64,000 bases of DNA from the human T2T-CHM13v2.0 reference genome, Homo sapiens (GCF_009914755.1 NC_060928.1), one strand, 5' to 3'; shown: positions 31,758 to 45,520, numbered from the stretch's first letter. Made by a program: numbers and translations. The notes: generated from the sequence alone by a model not told the origin.

Positions 31758-31781
31758 TAGGTAGATAGATGATTGATAGAT

Positions 31782-31827
<46 letters not shown>

Positions 31828-31834
31828 CAGATAC
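31758..31834. repeat. (GATA)n tetranucleotide STR
   Basis: About 11 perfect GATA units with imperfect flanks. Confidence 0.95.
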
Positions 31835-32439
31835 TATCAGATTCACTTCTATAGGCAGGTATTATGTATTAGGGACTGAGGTATTGCAAGTATTAAAGGC
31901 ATTGTAGACTCAGGTATTAGGGAACCACGTAGCAGCACAGAATGAGAAAAGAAAGATAAATTAGTTTTCCTTATTTGTCTAATTTTGTTATTTAACAACA
32001 TATCCAAAGACTAGTTTTGACTTTATATAATGTAACATCTCAATGAACAGTAGTGGAACAAATAGCTATCAATATGGAAGAAAAAAAAAAACCTTGAAAC
32101 TCTACGTCTCTCTTCTTCTACCAAAATTCCACATGGAAAGTAAAATAAAATAAAACAAAACAATAAAGTGCTAAAAGGCATCAAAAGAATTTATTTTTTA
32201 TGTTTTAAATGGGAGCTTTCAAAAAATGACTCTAAAGCCAGAAAACATAAAGAAAACAATTACATACATTGGATCTAACAAAAATGCAAAAATTCCCTCC
32301 AAGAAAACACTACTTTTGAAAAAGGACAAACTAGAAAAATATCTTTAAGCTATGAAACTGACAAAATTATGTTATTGATAATGGAAAAAGTTTGTAGCAG
32401 TTAAGGACAAGTAGAATGACTGTTGACTGAGAATGGTGT

Positions 32440-32890
32440 TTAGTGTCCAGAAGATGACCCTAAGAAAAGAATTCACATGTGAGTAATTTATGTGGGAGGT
32501 GCTGTAAGCAATGGCAGGGGAGGGAAAGTGAGATAGTGAAGGGAAGAAAGACCGCTAATAAAGGGAGCTTTATCATATCGGCTACCACTGCAGGTGGTAA
32601 CAGTTTGATCCCACAGGGAAACTTGGGGAAATGGTGTAGAACTCTGGCCTCAGAGATATAAATGCAAGGGTTAAGGAAGACAGGTTTTTATCACCAACTC
32701 CTGCCTGCCATTGCTGCAAAGCAGCCCCTATGGAATGTTCATTCCAGGGTGCTTGTGTTTTACTATGTGAGAAGGCAGAGTAGCTTTGGAGAATATCTTT
32801 AAGGAAAGAGATGCTGAAAGTTGGCTGGAACTCAATAAAATGGTACACCTCCAGACAAATGGAAGGTATCTACAGCATTGGCTACATGGA
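32440..32890 (-). mobile_element. Old ERVL LTR (LTR33/LTR16-like) embedded in L1ME remnants
   Basis: ccagaagatgaccctaaga..gagtaatttatgtgggaggtg..gggaaagtgagatagtgaagggaag resembles this group. Confidence 0.5.
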
Positions 32891-33149
32891 GCAGATGACA
32901 TGAACTGGTAATATATATTAAAAATGCACAAATGTTCAACAGTCACAAAAAAATAAAGAACATCATAAATCACCAAGCAATACACATTTTAAAATATTTG
33001 GACTTTGCATATTAAAATTATATTTTTAAAGTGATTTTTTATGATGTGAGAAAAATACACTCTCATACATTATTAGTGGAAATATAATTGGTAAAAGACT
33101 TCCGAGAAATAATAAGCCAAGGTGTTTCACAAGGTTTGATATGCATCAA

Positions 33150-33430
33150 TCCGACAATTCCACTTCCTGACCATCCTGATTACAATTTACAATTGCAACT
33201 CTACCCTTTGACACTTCTGTTACCCTTCCATGCATCCTTTTCTCCACATTACACATCACTATGTACTAACCACATGTTTGTTCACTCATTTATTTTGTTT
33301 ATTATTAGTTATCTTCACTAGAACATATGCCACATAAGAGCAATGACTTCTGTCTACTTTATTCACTGCCACCTAGAACTGAGAAGAGCGGCCAGAACAC
33401 AACAGGCAGTCAATAAAATCTCTTGAATGT
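33150..33430 (+). mobile_element. L2 3' end
   Basis: ctagaacatatgccacataagagcaatgac..ttcactgc..cagtcaataaaatctcttgaatg. Confidence 0.6.
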
Positions 33431-35802
33431 ATCATTAGACAACAACAGAAAAAATGGTCAAATAAAGTTCATCTTAATGTTGTTTACAATAGTAAAAAAA
33501 ATCATAAATAACAATAATCAAATGATGTGGTATATATAATATACATAAATACTGTACAGATTAAAAATGATATAATCTATATATTGGGCATGAAAAACTA
33601 TACATGATTTATCATTGTCACCAGAACAGTTTAACAAACAGCATATTCAGTATGACTCAATTTTGGCTAAAAAATACATTTTTAGTATAAATCTAAACCT
33701 GGAATAACATACAGAGAAATATTAACCCTGGTTATCTCTGGCTGATAGAATTATAAATGATTTTCACTACTTTCTACTATGCATTTTATATAGTATGTGT
33801 TTTACACTCATAATGAATTATGAAGCTATTTTCACTGATAAAACATGGTTAGTCTAATATAGAAAATCTATTGTGGTTAAAGGGCTGAATCTTAAACTTT
33901 TAGAACATAGTGAATTGGCCAAAGTGAAAACATTTGAAAATGACCAAACGTTTGTATATATTATCTGATAGTACTACCTCGTGAATTCTTAGGTGACCTA
34001 GACTTTCTATATTAGAGGTGCAGAAATGGTGGGAAAGGGACTAAAGTAGTTTTACTAAATAAAGCTCTCTAGTGGGATCTACTTATGTATATTTTGTAGA
34101 TAACACTAAAATTAAGTTGTTGTGTCTTATCTTTTCAGGGATATGATAGAACTATTAAACAAAAGTAGAACTTTTCACTTTGGTTAGTGTCTTGATTCAT
34201 ATTAATGTCAATTTTTTTCATTACTATTTTGGATGAAGAGATGAAATAAAAGCCCAAGAAAACATTTCCACTGTTTATCGAGATCAAAAATGTATAAAAC
34301 CACTATAACTATATTTTAATAATGCCTACAGCACCAAACAAGAGATTTGAAGTATTCACTTGAAAGAGCTGGCAGAATTATTTATTTCCTATTTCAGTTT
34401 TAATAGCATATCCATGACTCATCTTGCTGCACTATTACAAGCTAGTTTTTCTTAAATTTGGGAATTATACAATTTTTCAAATTAATGTAGCTTCTTAATG
34501 CCTTGTCATATTTTAACAAAATACGTAAATATATACAAATATAGACACTTTTAAGACCAAGTAGTGATACAAAGCTAGAACATAATTTAGGACACACCTT
34601 TTGTTCTAAATTATTAAGTAATACTGTTATTTCATATTTTTAAGATGCCACATTTGATAGTAATCACAAGAGCTACATAAATGTATATCTTAAAACATAT
34701 TATGAGATCAGGGATCTGTAAGTAGTGGTCACAGCAACCATGTAATATTAACACAAATCTTTAGGACTACCCGTAGAAACACAAACAAGAAGGGTCTCTG
34801 CCTGAAGCCCTATGCTTAGAGGCCTTGAATTTCTCAAGTCTGCAAATACATGTGTTAAAGAACACATGGGTATCTCAGTAACTTGGGTTGCAGTGTTGCA
34901 GTATTGCCACATCCTGACTCATGACACAACACAAACCAACTCATGACTAACACCATTTGCCCAAGGGAAAATATTCACATTTCTTTCCCTGTGTCTTCAA
35001 AATAAAAGGTGATTCCATTCAAATGCCAAGAAGGTTTGTGGCATGTACTGTTGACAACATTGAACAGAGATGTGCTTCAGAGTGTGGGAAGGATTTGAGT
35101 AATGTAATTACTTAAGTAAGAGAAAAGACATATTAATTCCCTTTCAAATCTTTTCTCTCCATTAGGACAAATGCAATAGAGTCTTATATAACAAGTCATT
35201 GTTGCTCAATATCACTGAGCATTCCCCTTCTTGCTTCTCTTTGTGTACCACAAATTAGCATGGTCTTCACAAAAGTTTCACATCACATGGTGGCTCAGGA
35301 ACATTTTAGAATATTAACAGCTCATGTTACCCTTAAATATAAATATATGACATAACATGCACGTGGCATGAAATTATTTCTTTAGATTGGCAACTAGATG
35401 GACATCGAATACTAGTATTGTGCATAGTTTTAGTTTTATGGAAATATTTAATGAGATTTAATTAAATTTTAAGATTACTAAATGAAAATTCAGCTCTATA
35501 GATTTCATTAAATTTGTAAATATTAATTAGCTACAAGTTGTATTTGCCCTGTAATTTTAATAAATAATTTAAATGAGTTTAGAAGGAAACTTTTTTGAAA
35601 ATATATATGAAAAATAATTTTAATGAGTTGTTACACATGATTTAAAATTTTGAAAACATAGCCATATTTGGTATATTTTTAATGCAATTGCAGTTTATTT
35701 TTCAATCATAGTTTAAACTGTTACTGTCAAAGGAACAAAATAATGTGAAAGATGTTGATTATAACAACATAATTAGTGATTTGCCAAAACGATAAGAAGA
35801 AA

Positions 35803-35875
35803 AATAAATTTAATGGAATAAATTTAATGCAATAATGGAATAAAATAAGTGGAATAAATTTAATGGAATAAAAAA
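35803..35875. repeat. Short degenerate tandem array of aataaatttaatgg-like units
   Basis: Repeated taatggaataaa units seen directly. Confidence 0.7.
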
Positions 35876-35880
35876 ATAAA

Positions 35881-35940
35881 ATAACTCCCTTTTTGTTACA
35901 TAATAAATAGTAAGTGGCCAAAAAAAAGTTGAGTTGCTAA
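35881..35940 (+). repeat. 60-bp dispersed direct repeat, copy 1
   Basis: 58/60 identical to 38431-38490. Confidence 0.95.
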
Positions 35941-36602
35941 TTCTAGTAACTGTGAATTATGTATATCTTTATTTTATTACTCATGCAAATACTACTGGCC
36001 AATCATCATTCAGATAGGCAGAGTAATTAAATTCCATCATCTTTGCTATGATGCCAACTCTAAAACATAAAACTATAGCTTTACACATATTTCTTCTTTA
36101 TTTTGGTGAGTATAAGGGAATATCTATTAAGGCAGGATGACATAAAATATTTTATTTAGAAGTTTACTAGCTTGATGTATAACTTTAAAATATTTAGAAA
36201 GAAGGAATATTGGCCTCCACTTGTAATCCCCACACAGGGGTGGGCCTGAAGATCCTAGTCTCAGGTGGTGAATTCCCTTAGGGTACTTTGCCTCAGTCTG
36301 CCTTGCTCAAGAATTGACCGATATCTACTCCTCAACTAATAGGTCACTGCAGTGGTTTACCTACAGATTTTAGGTTTAGAACATTGTTTGATGTGAACTC
36401 AAAGTATTACTCCAGCCAATCCAGTTCAAGTCATTTATTTTTATGGTATTCCATGAGTCTGATTTAAATCTAAAATTTGTGAACTAGATCACTTGTAAAT
36501 AGAATGTTATGCAAAGACATGATTTCAAAATGAACTTGCTAAAATAATGAAAACCTCATCCATGAACACGTCTATGAACATCTATTAGTTTTCACTTTGT
36601 AG

Positions 36603-36812
36603 AGGTACCATGTAAACTGCTGAAGACTGTGTGAGAAACATGGTCAAAACTGCTCCTTCTTCAGAAAATGTGACTTGCATAAAATGATGAGATTTTACAA
36701 GAAGAACATATGTGATTTGTTTAATTTTTTCCATTCCAATATGGAGAATTCTATGATGATGGATTTTTCTAAAATGTCCAGATTTTATCAGTTCCTTCCT
36801 CCCATTTCACAG
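36603..36812 (+). ncRNA. Candidate non-coding exon (210 nt)
   Basis: Acceptor ttttcactttgtag, donor cag|gtatgt; stops in all three frames; motif evidence only. Confidence 0.35.
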
Positions 36813-37699
36813 GTATGTTTTGTAACAATTAGAGTGTCAATATTTCAAGTGATAAAGAAACTGAAGATAGCTGCTATAATGTGCTTTGTTTCTTGTGTCA
36901 GGATTAAATATGACATATGCCTGCAATCTTTAAATTTGAAATTGTGTTCTTAAAGAAAAATGTACAATAAATTTCAGCCATTGTCCTCTAGTAGATGAAT
37001 CACTAGTAACTTTACAACACTAGCTCCAAATATATTAAGTTCAATTGAAAACATTTTAAAGATAAAGCAGGATAATTTATGCTTTTGACAATATGCAGAA
37101 AATACGTCATACTTTGGTAAAGAGACAGGCGTGGCCTAGTAGGCTGCAGGAAAGTGTGACATAGGTGAAGGACCAATACCTAGAAATAGATCCCTCAACT
37201 CTCAGGGCAGGGTAAGTTGTAGAGTGACTATCCCAGCTGTTTTGTTGGAAGAGTTTAGACTCTTCAAAAAGCTGGAAGTAGCAAAGGATATCTCAGCAGT
37301 AGTCACATTTCCTGCATAAAGAAAGAGGCCAAGAGAGACTGGGTACGAGGCCAGACTAAGAGGATGTGGACATGAGTGGGACACTTTGTGTTGCAAGGAG
37401 TACTTGATTTGTGTAGAAAACTGCTTTTTCTAAGAAATTAAATTTTCTTTAAAAAGTTACATACACATGTATATGGGGCATACGTACTAAATTTAAAATC
37501 TAACATAGCAGGGCCTATTGTAGCCAGTGAGAGTATTAAAGAAATATACACAAACATTGAAAAATAAATGCATATGCTATAGAAATATCATTTAAGAATA
37601 TAAATCCTACAGTTCTCTGTCCCTATTATCCTCTTCTACCCCAGGTGCCTCTCTCCTACTTATTTGGTTAGGCATCTCACGTTCCTTTGGGGAGAAAAC

Positions 37700-37852
37700 A
37701 ATTAATTAATACTAAAAAATCCTCTGTTTTGATTCCTACAGTAAATATTAATAGGTATAATCCATATAAAGAAAAGCTCTTAGAGGTCCTCAATAGCTTT
37801 TAAGAGTATAAAGTAACCATGAAAACAAAATTTGTTTTGTTGGAATCACTTC
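37700..37852. mobile_element. hAT-type DNA transposon terminal remnant
   Basis: tataatccatataaagaaaagctcttagaggtcctcaatagcttttaagagt resembles a recalled hAT-Charlie end. Confidence 0.4.
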
Positions 37853-38430
37853 TCCAGGAATCAAGATGAGTCCATATCTTTATTTGGGTGAAACTAAAGA
37901 GGATTTGTAGAGACTGTACCTCAGAAATATAAATCCATTAGCCATTTATATATGTAAAAAAACAAAATAACTTCAGTGTATGTGTAACATTTTAATCTTA
38001 TTTGGCTTGGATTGAGCATATTCAGGCTCTAGACTAACTTCTACAAAGCACTGAAGATAGAATTACAGCTTAATTCAGGAGTTGTATCATTTCATTTACA
38101 AAAATAGACTTTAGATCCCTACAGAACTGGAAAGGGATCTACTTCATAAAAAGAAGCAAAGTAGTCTTTTATAAGATGACTCTCAGATGGTAGTGTGTTC
38201 TTACACTCTCACACTTTATGTCAGCTCATGAACCTTGCTGGAAAGCTAGGGAACAAATGACCTTTTTACTTTTGAAGGAGTTATTTCAGATAAAGCTTTA
38301 CCTGTGCAATAAGGAGAGAAAAAGCAAAGTGCTTTGGCACACTACATAATCCTTGTAGGTTTCAGTACCAGTTCAGTGATATAATAATGACTATTTTGGG
38401 CTTCTGAACAGTTTGCCTGTGAGATTGGAC

Positions 38431-38490
38431 ATAACTCCCTTTTTGTTACATAATAAATAGTAAGTGGCCAAGAAAACGTTGAGTTGCTAA
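38431..38490 (+). repeat. 60-bp dispersed direct repeat, copy 2
   Basis: 58/60 identical to 35881-35940; flanks unrelated. Confidence 0.95.
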
Positions 38491-38554
38491 AGCTTAGCTG
38501 ACCTGGTGGACACATATTTTAAAATAACTGGAAAAATAAGCTACAGCCCACTAG

Positions 38555-38992
<438 letters not shown>

Positions 38993-39349
38993 TGTAGATG
39001 AATCTTTATATTATATTGACGGATCTGTTAAATTAGGTTTTGCCTTGCAGCTATTGAGCAACTGAACTACTAAGATACCCCTCTTGCCTTGACAAGAATT
39101 ATTGTATGCTTCATCACATACAATGACTAGAACCAGAATACTGTAACAATCCTATCAGAATTAAAGAGGAAATGTGATACATTTTATTAGAAACTTCTTA
39201 AACACTTTCTAGAATGAATGGGAAAGGATGAGTTCTCTCTTGATAACTCTTTACTGAAATATGACTACTAAAAAATGGCAATATTTCCAGATCTAGGATT
39301 TTTGCTATAATCATTCAATTCACACGCAAGGCAAGTATAATCTGGTTAT

Positions 39350-39540
39350 AAGATTTATTAAGCACTTAGTCTGGGTCAGGGATGGTACAAAGTGGTTTAT
39401 ATGTATTATCTCATGTGATCCCCAAAAAACTTTAGAAATGCGTTACTGTCATTATCCCAGTTTTATAGACAACGAAATGCAGGCTCCAAAAGGTTAAATA
39501 AATTGCCTTGAGTCACAAAATTAGTAAATTACAGAGCTTA
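39350..39540 (-). mobile_element. MIR
   Basis: atttattaagcactta..attatcccagttttatagac..aggttaaataaattgcc. Confidence 0.7.
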
Positions 39541-39944
39541 GATTGATGAAGTTTTCAATTACAATAATTTCATAATCCGTATATATATTATTTTATTAGC
39601 TATATTCTAGCTAGTAAGGTTTGTTCAGATTTGGGGTTCACAGTCCTAGCATGAATGAGCACACTTGGCTAAGTCACGAATAATAAACAAAAACATGCTT
39701 TGGGATAGAAAGATTATTCTCTAAAACCGATATAAAAAAATAAGTTTCCATCAAGACACAAATGACTTAAATGCCAACTAATAGTAAATGATGAAAGAAA
39801 TCCCAGATAAAATGCACTTATAGCCAGCACAAATACAGTAATGATTCCGTGGGTAATATAGAATCATCCTTGATAGTTTAGGAAAACAATTTATAACAAG
39901 AGAAAAAGTTACATATAGTAAAAAAGCAAAACAAAAGAAACACA

Positions 39945-40090
39945 AAAATGGGCTTTGAACTAGAGATACCTGGCTTTGCTGTTTTTGAGATGAATACATT
40001 TGGGCAAGTTAATTAACCTTTCTGAGCCCATTACATTATCAATAAAATGAGGATCCCAGTATTTGAACTGCATGATTGTTTTAGGATTAA
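39945..40090 (+). mobile_element. MIR
   Basis: tgggcaagttaattaacctttctgagcc core. Confidence 0.7.
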
Positions 40091-40614
40091 TAGTTGTGTC
40101 CTAAGGCCTTTGTGACATGGCCAGTCCTCCACAATCCATATCCATCATATCATTTCCTAAAATAAATTTTATCAAAACAATGCTATACTGTCTGGGGCTG
40201 AAAGTTTGAAGAACAACCTAGGATTTCAAACAATTTGCAAACACTGAATTAGAAGATACAGGATATTGGCCATCAATATCTCTACAAATGGAGATAAAAA
40301 GGGTATAGCTGAAATTCTCTATACTCCTTATAATCTTAATTCCTAAAAGGGGAATGCTCTCCATAATAAGTACTTTAAGTGAAAAGAAAAGTCATATTAA
40401 TAGGGGAGAAAAGGCCATGGATACAGAAAAGAAAAAAAAAAAGAACTTCTCCACTCTAGACTTATGTTCCACACTTTACTTTTCCCAATCCAATGCTACT
40501 TTTCCTAGGCCTGATCTATCAAGAACAAGTATTAGTTGTCTCCACAGAGCTTTGGCAAGCATTGCCAAGAATGGTGGATTATAAGACCTTGAATTAAAAC
40601 TGAATAAGGAGGGC

Positions 40615-41655
40615 TCACTCAGCTTGAACAATATTGGAGTATAGAAGTTCTACTGATTTTTGTATAGTGATTTTGTATCCTGAAACTTTACTGCAGTTAT
40701 TTATCAGTTCTATGAACCTCGACACATAGGACTTAATTAAACTAAAAAGCATTTTCATGGCAAAATAAATTATCAATAGAGTAAACAGACAACCTACAGA
40801 ATGCAATATTTTCAAACTATGCATCTGTCAAGGTCTAATATCCAGACTCTATAAGAAATTAAACAAATCAATAAACAAAGAGCAAATAACGCCACTAAAA
40901 AGTGGGCAAAGGACATGAATAAACACCTCTCAAAAGAAGACACACAAGCAGCCAACAAACATGAAAAAAATGCTCGACATCACTAACCATCAGATAAATG
41001 CAAATCAAAACTACAATAAGATACCATCTCACATGAGTCAAAATGGCCATTACTAAAAAGTCAAACATAAAAAATGCTGGTGAGGTTGCAAAAAGGAATG
41101 CTTATATAATGTGGGTTATTTCAGCCACTCTGGAAAGCAGTTTGGAGATTTCTCAAAGAAATTAAAAGAGAATTACCATTCAACCCAGCAATCTGATTAT
41201 TGGTATACACCCAAAGAAAAATAAATCATTCTACCAAAAAGACACATGTACCCGTATGTTCACTGCGATGCTATTCACAATAGCAAAGACATGGAATCAA
41301 CCTAGGTCCCCATTAACAGTGGATTGGATTTTTAAAATGTGGTAATATACATCATGGAATACTACAAATTAATGCAGGAACAGCAAACTAAATATTGCAT
41401 GTTGTCATTTATCAGTGGGAGCTAAACATTGACTACATACAGACATAAAGATGGGAACAAGAGACACTGTGGACTACTAGAGTGGGGAGGAAGTGGGGAC
41501 TGTGGGTTGAAAAACTATCTATTGGGTATTATGCTTACTACCTGGGTGACAGGATCTGTACCCCAAACTTCAACATCACACAATATATCCATGTAACAAA
41601 CCTGCACATGTACCCCGAATATAAAAGTTGAAATTATTTTAAAAATAAATAAAAT
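40615..41655 (+). mobile_element. 5'-inverted truncated LINE-1 (L1PA15-16/L1PB age)
   Basis: 40615-40720 is antisense ORF2 ([14 protein letters not shown] on the minus strand); 40721-41655 is sense ORF2 end, 3' UTR and A tail. Confidence 0.85.
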
Positions 41656-42177
41656 ACTAGAACTAATATGCAAATCTTGAAGAAAAATTTATCTTTTATG
41701 ATTTACCAACTACTAACATTTCATGTTGTCATTTTAAATAATGCAATCATATAAATGTTCTGTCACTGTAAATCATACCAAATGGGATCATAATTGTATC
41801 TATATCATAGTATTATTGAGATGATAAACTGAAAAAGTTGGTGAAGTCCCAGCTTAATGCCCAAGCATATTTAATACTCACTATATGTAGGTCACTATTA
41901 TCATAACTGCTATTGTTAATATGAGCTTGGGCTGGAAATATAAACCCATGTTTTAAAATCTGAGTTGGTACAACAGAAAAAGAAAAAGGAATTTTTCAAA
42001 AGTAAAATAAAATTTAAAAAACAAATAATTACAGATATCAAAAACTAATTCAAAATATTGCAATCATTACTTCAATTCAGCAAATATCCTAAAATTTGTT
42101 TATAAGAGAAAATAGCCAACAATTGTGTTACAATTTTAAATATTGCATTTTTATAACAAAAAAGTAAATTTTTCTTG

Positions 42178-42475
42178 CTTATAAGGGCTTCTGAAATTTA
42201 TTTCTTCTCTAACCATTATCAAACCAATCTTTTACAGCTGAATTAAAAACTTCTGAAAATAACATATAGAAAAGCTTAAGACATATTTAACTCTAATATT
42301 GAAAATAATAATCATCAAAAACAGATACAAATCATTGCCAATCCCAAAGGCAGTTCTGTGTCATTGGACTTTTTCTGGAAGCTTTTCACTATATCTGAGA
42401 GCTGTTTCATCTGAAGTTAGCCTTTTATCTGTAGGCCTGCTGTGCTATTTCAAACGGCCAGCAAAGGCGATGAAA
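42178..42475 (-). other. Candidate terminal exon with short coding end and poly(A) signal
   Basis: Acceptor tttcttattgttttag; reads (x)FIAFAGRLK* in phase 2 (stop 42445-42447) or FHRLCWPFEIAQQAYR* in phase 0; AATAAA at 42202-42197 followed by U-rich tttacttttttgtt; retains CpGs. Gene not recognised. Confidence 0.4.
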
Positions 42476-42769
42476 CTAAAACAATAAGAAATTCCTTGCC
42501 AAATGATGAATTTGTAATCTTAAAATTTGACACAAATTCTATAGTTAATAATCAAAAGCATTATGTTAATACTTAGTTTAAATTACTGATGATATAATGC
42601 ACCCTACATGCAAAATTTCCTAAAGTTATTATTAAAATAGTATACCATGAATTAAAGTTATTTATATGCATGGGTATGCTTGATGTGACAGTAGGTATAT
42701 ATACATATGGCATAGATATTCATATGGTAAAATAGAAAATGATAGTAATTTTTATGATTCTTAGATATG

Positions 42770-43020
42770 TATAACTTATTAAGCATTACTATATAGCAGT
42801 CCTTGTTTTCCAAGTGTTTTCTATCCTTTATCTCATTTAATCTTCACAAAACCCCAAAAATGTAGATGCAATTATTACTTGCATTTCACAAATAAGAAAC
42901 CTACACATATAGAGCTTAAGTATTGCTTAAACTCACTGACATCAGCAGTGGCAGCAATACAATTTAAGATTGATTCTGTCTGATTCCAAAGCTCATGCTC
43001 TTAACCACTAAGCATATTGC
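42770..43020 (-). mobile_element. MIR, near full length
   Basis: atctcatttaatcttcacaa..tctgattccaaagctcatgctcttaaccacta. Confidence 0.75.
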
Positions 43021-43396
43021 CTTTCACAAGGAGAATACAATCAATGACAGTCTAATATAAGCCAGGCACTTCACGTACTTTCTCATTTTCAAAGATGAAG
43101 AAATTCACAGAGGTTAGGTTACTTGTAAGTGCTAAAGCTCCAGAGTTCTTTCTCTATTTCCTCAGTGTTTATTACAGTATATCCAATGGACTACCCATCT
43201 CAGTCACCAGACACTATTTAAAGGGTCAGATTTTCAGCTTTAGTTCCAGATTACAGGTTTGATCCATCTTAGGCAAGGCATTTTTAAGAAGTTTCCTTGT
43301 GAGGTACTCCACAGTTTTCAATTGTGTATGTGTATGTTTCTGATAAGAAGCTATTTTTTTTACCTCAGTATCTCCTATGATAAAGCAGGATAGTTA

Positions 43397-44992
43397 TGTC
43401 ACGGGATCCTTGGGGTGATGCTTCACCAGCCAGAAACCTCTGTGGCCAGTGGCACCTTTGCCCAAGTTTTGCTCAGGTCTGCTGGGCCCACTCGGCTGGG
43501 CAGGCTGTATTTGGCTTGTGCTACTGGCCTGGATCCCATGCCTGCCAAGGGCAAGCAGAGTGGCGAGGGGTGTGTGAGTGAGCAAGCGTGGGGTCCAGCC
43601 ACTGCACACAGGCAGGGAGGCTGGCTGCGGCAGGGTGGATAGCACCAGGTGCCTGCATGAGTGCTGGCTCCCTGTGAGGCTGTGGCTGGACCAGGTGTAC
43701 TGTAAGCAGCTTCCACAGCTGGCATCAGAGAATGCAGTGGTGCCCAGAAGCTCGGAGATGCCAGGAACTGCAGAGCCCCAAAGAGGGTGTCACAGTGCTG
43801 GCTTGGGAAGCTTCTAGGTCTGGGCTCCCCAAAGGTCTGTAGCTCTTCTCTTCTTGTTGCCTGCAACATGGCAAGCAACAGGAGTATTTCAGCTCTGTTT
43901 GCGTTACAGCTCTTTCAGCCTCACCATTCGGCAGTTCCTGAGTTCTTGTCTCACACCCAGGAAGAATGAGGTACAGGTACAAGTGGAGGGTAGGCAAGGT
44001 GAAGAGAAGCTTTATTGAGCAATAGAACAGCTCAGAGGAGACCAACAGTGCGTAGCTCCTTTCTGTAGCGAGGATGTCCCAACAAGTGTTCAGCTCTCAG
44101 CAGAGAGGAGACCCTGGGGTGGGTAGCTCCCCTCTGCAGCTGGTCATCCTGTCATCTTTTTGAGTCTGGCTGAGTCCAAGGTTTTTATGGGCATCAGAGG
44201 AGAGGAATTACATGCTATCAGTCCATGGACAGCCATGGGCAGGCCCAGAAAAAGTACTATAAGTTCCTACTCCCGTCCACAGGGCTGGAATCCTGGCCCC
44301 TAGACTTCAGGCTAGACCACCTGGGACCCACCCTTTTCCAGCCAGGGCCTATCTGCCTCCTGGCACTGTTCATGGTGCCCAGGCTGTTCATGCGGAGGGG
44401 TACCTGCAGACCAGCACCAAGCTGCCCTCAGCACTCCGTCAGCTTCCCTCCCATGCTCATTGGTGCCCAAAGTCCTGAAGGGGCTGAGGTGCCAGGGGTT
44501 TGGCCTGTTATCACTGCCCTGAGCACACACACACCCAGCTGGAGTGAGACAGTGCCCAGGCTCAGCCTCAACTTTGCTCCAAGATTGAAGCAGGTACATA
44601 CCGGGAGTAGGGAGAGGCCAAGCAGCAGAAGCAGGCACTTACAAGCCTATGGGGGTAGGGGAGGCCTTCCTGGGCTCCCAAGAGTGCAGAGATGTCTGTG
44701 TCTGCAGCAATGGCATGGGTGGCTGCAGTTGTACCCAGAGGGCAGGGCCTCTGCTTGCTCCCAGCCCCCAAGAGCACAGGAATGCCCAGATCCACAGCCA
44801 TAGCTTAGGTGGCTGCAGTTGCACCCAGGGAGCATAAGATTCCAACCCTGCAAATTCAGAAGGGGTCAGAGCTTCCACCTGTTCCTGGCTCCCATTGGCT
44901 CCATGAACCATGCAGCCCCTGCTACTCCTCCCACACTACAGCCAGCATCATGGCAGTGGCCTCTCTAGATGGGATGCCTACCACTGCCATCA
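43397..44992 (-). mobile_element. MER52A-type ERV1 solo LTR (1.6 kb, GC-rich)
   Basis: TG...CA termini (tgtcacgggatccttggggtg ... cactgccatca); 4-bp TSD gtta at 43393-43396 and 44993-44996; minus-strand AATAAA near 44011-44016. Confidence 0.85.
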
Positions 44993-45334
44993 GTTATAGA
45001 GTGGCAAGAGAAGATGAAATTCATTTCCTAGAACATGCAATGTTACCATGCAACTCTCTCATTGATTTAAGATTCAGGACAAAAAACAGACACCTAATAA
45101 ATAATACTTCTTTAAGAAATGCCTTTTAGATTTTCTGATGTTAAAGGATCAATAAGTAATATATACAGAAATTAGGATAAGAAGATGCCCACATATTTCT
45201 TGGCTTTTGTTTATGAGTTTCAGAGACCCTGAGTTTCAAACATATTTCCATTCTTCCATAGATAATCCATCCTCAAACTGTTGTTTACAAAATCAGAGAA
45301 AAGAACAAAGCCACTTTAGGATATATAACAATTG

Positions 45335-45520
45335 ACATTTATTGTGTACTTACTAGAGGGCAGGTATCATGCTAAGCCTTGTGAACTCGGTAAATTATTA
45401 TATCTGTTATACAAGCAAGAAGGCTAAAGTTTAAAGAGGTTAACTAATCTGACCAAGATCATAAAGATATTATTAGAGCTGGGATTCTAACTCAAGACTA
45501 TTTGATTCCAAAGACCTGAA
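45335..45520 (-). mobile_element. MIR
   Basis: gaggttaactaatctgaccaagatca..gagctgggattctaactcaagactatttgattccaaag. Confidence 0.65.

Noticed and set aside
33650-35370. AP-1 (TGACTCA x3) and E-box (CACGTG) motifs as an enhancer
   Set aside because: Short motifs spread over 1.7 kb cannot be distinguished from chance without chromatin data.
43394-45129. Dense overlapping ORFs up to 192 aa on both strands
   Set aside because: All lie in or start within the GC-rich MER52A LTR, where stops are rare; no recognisable protein motifs.
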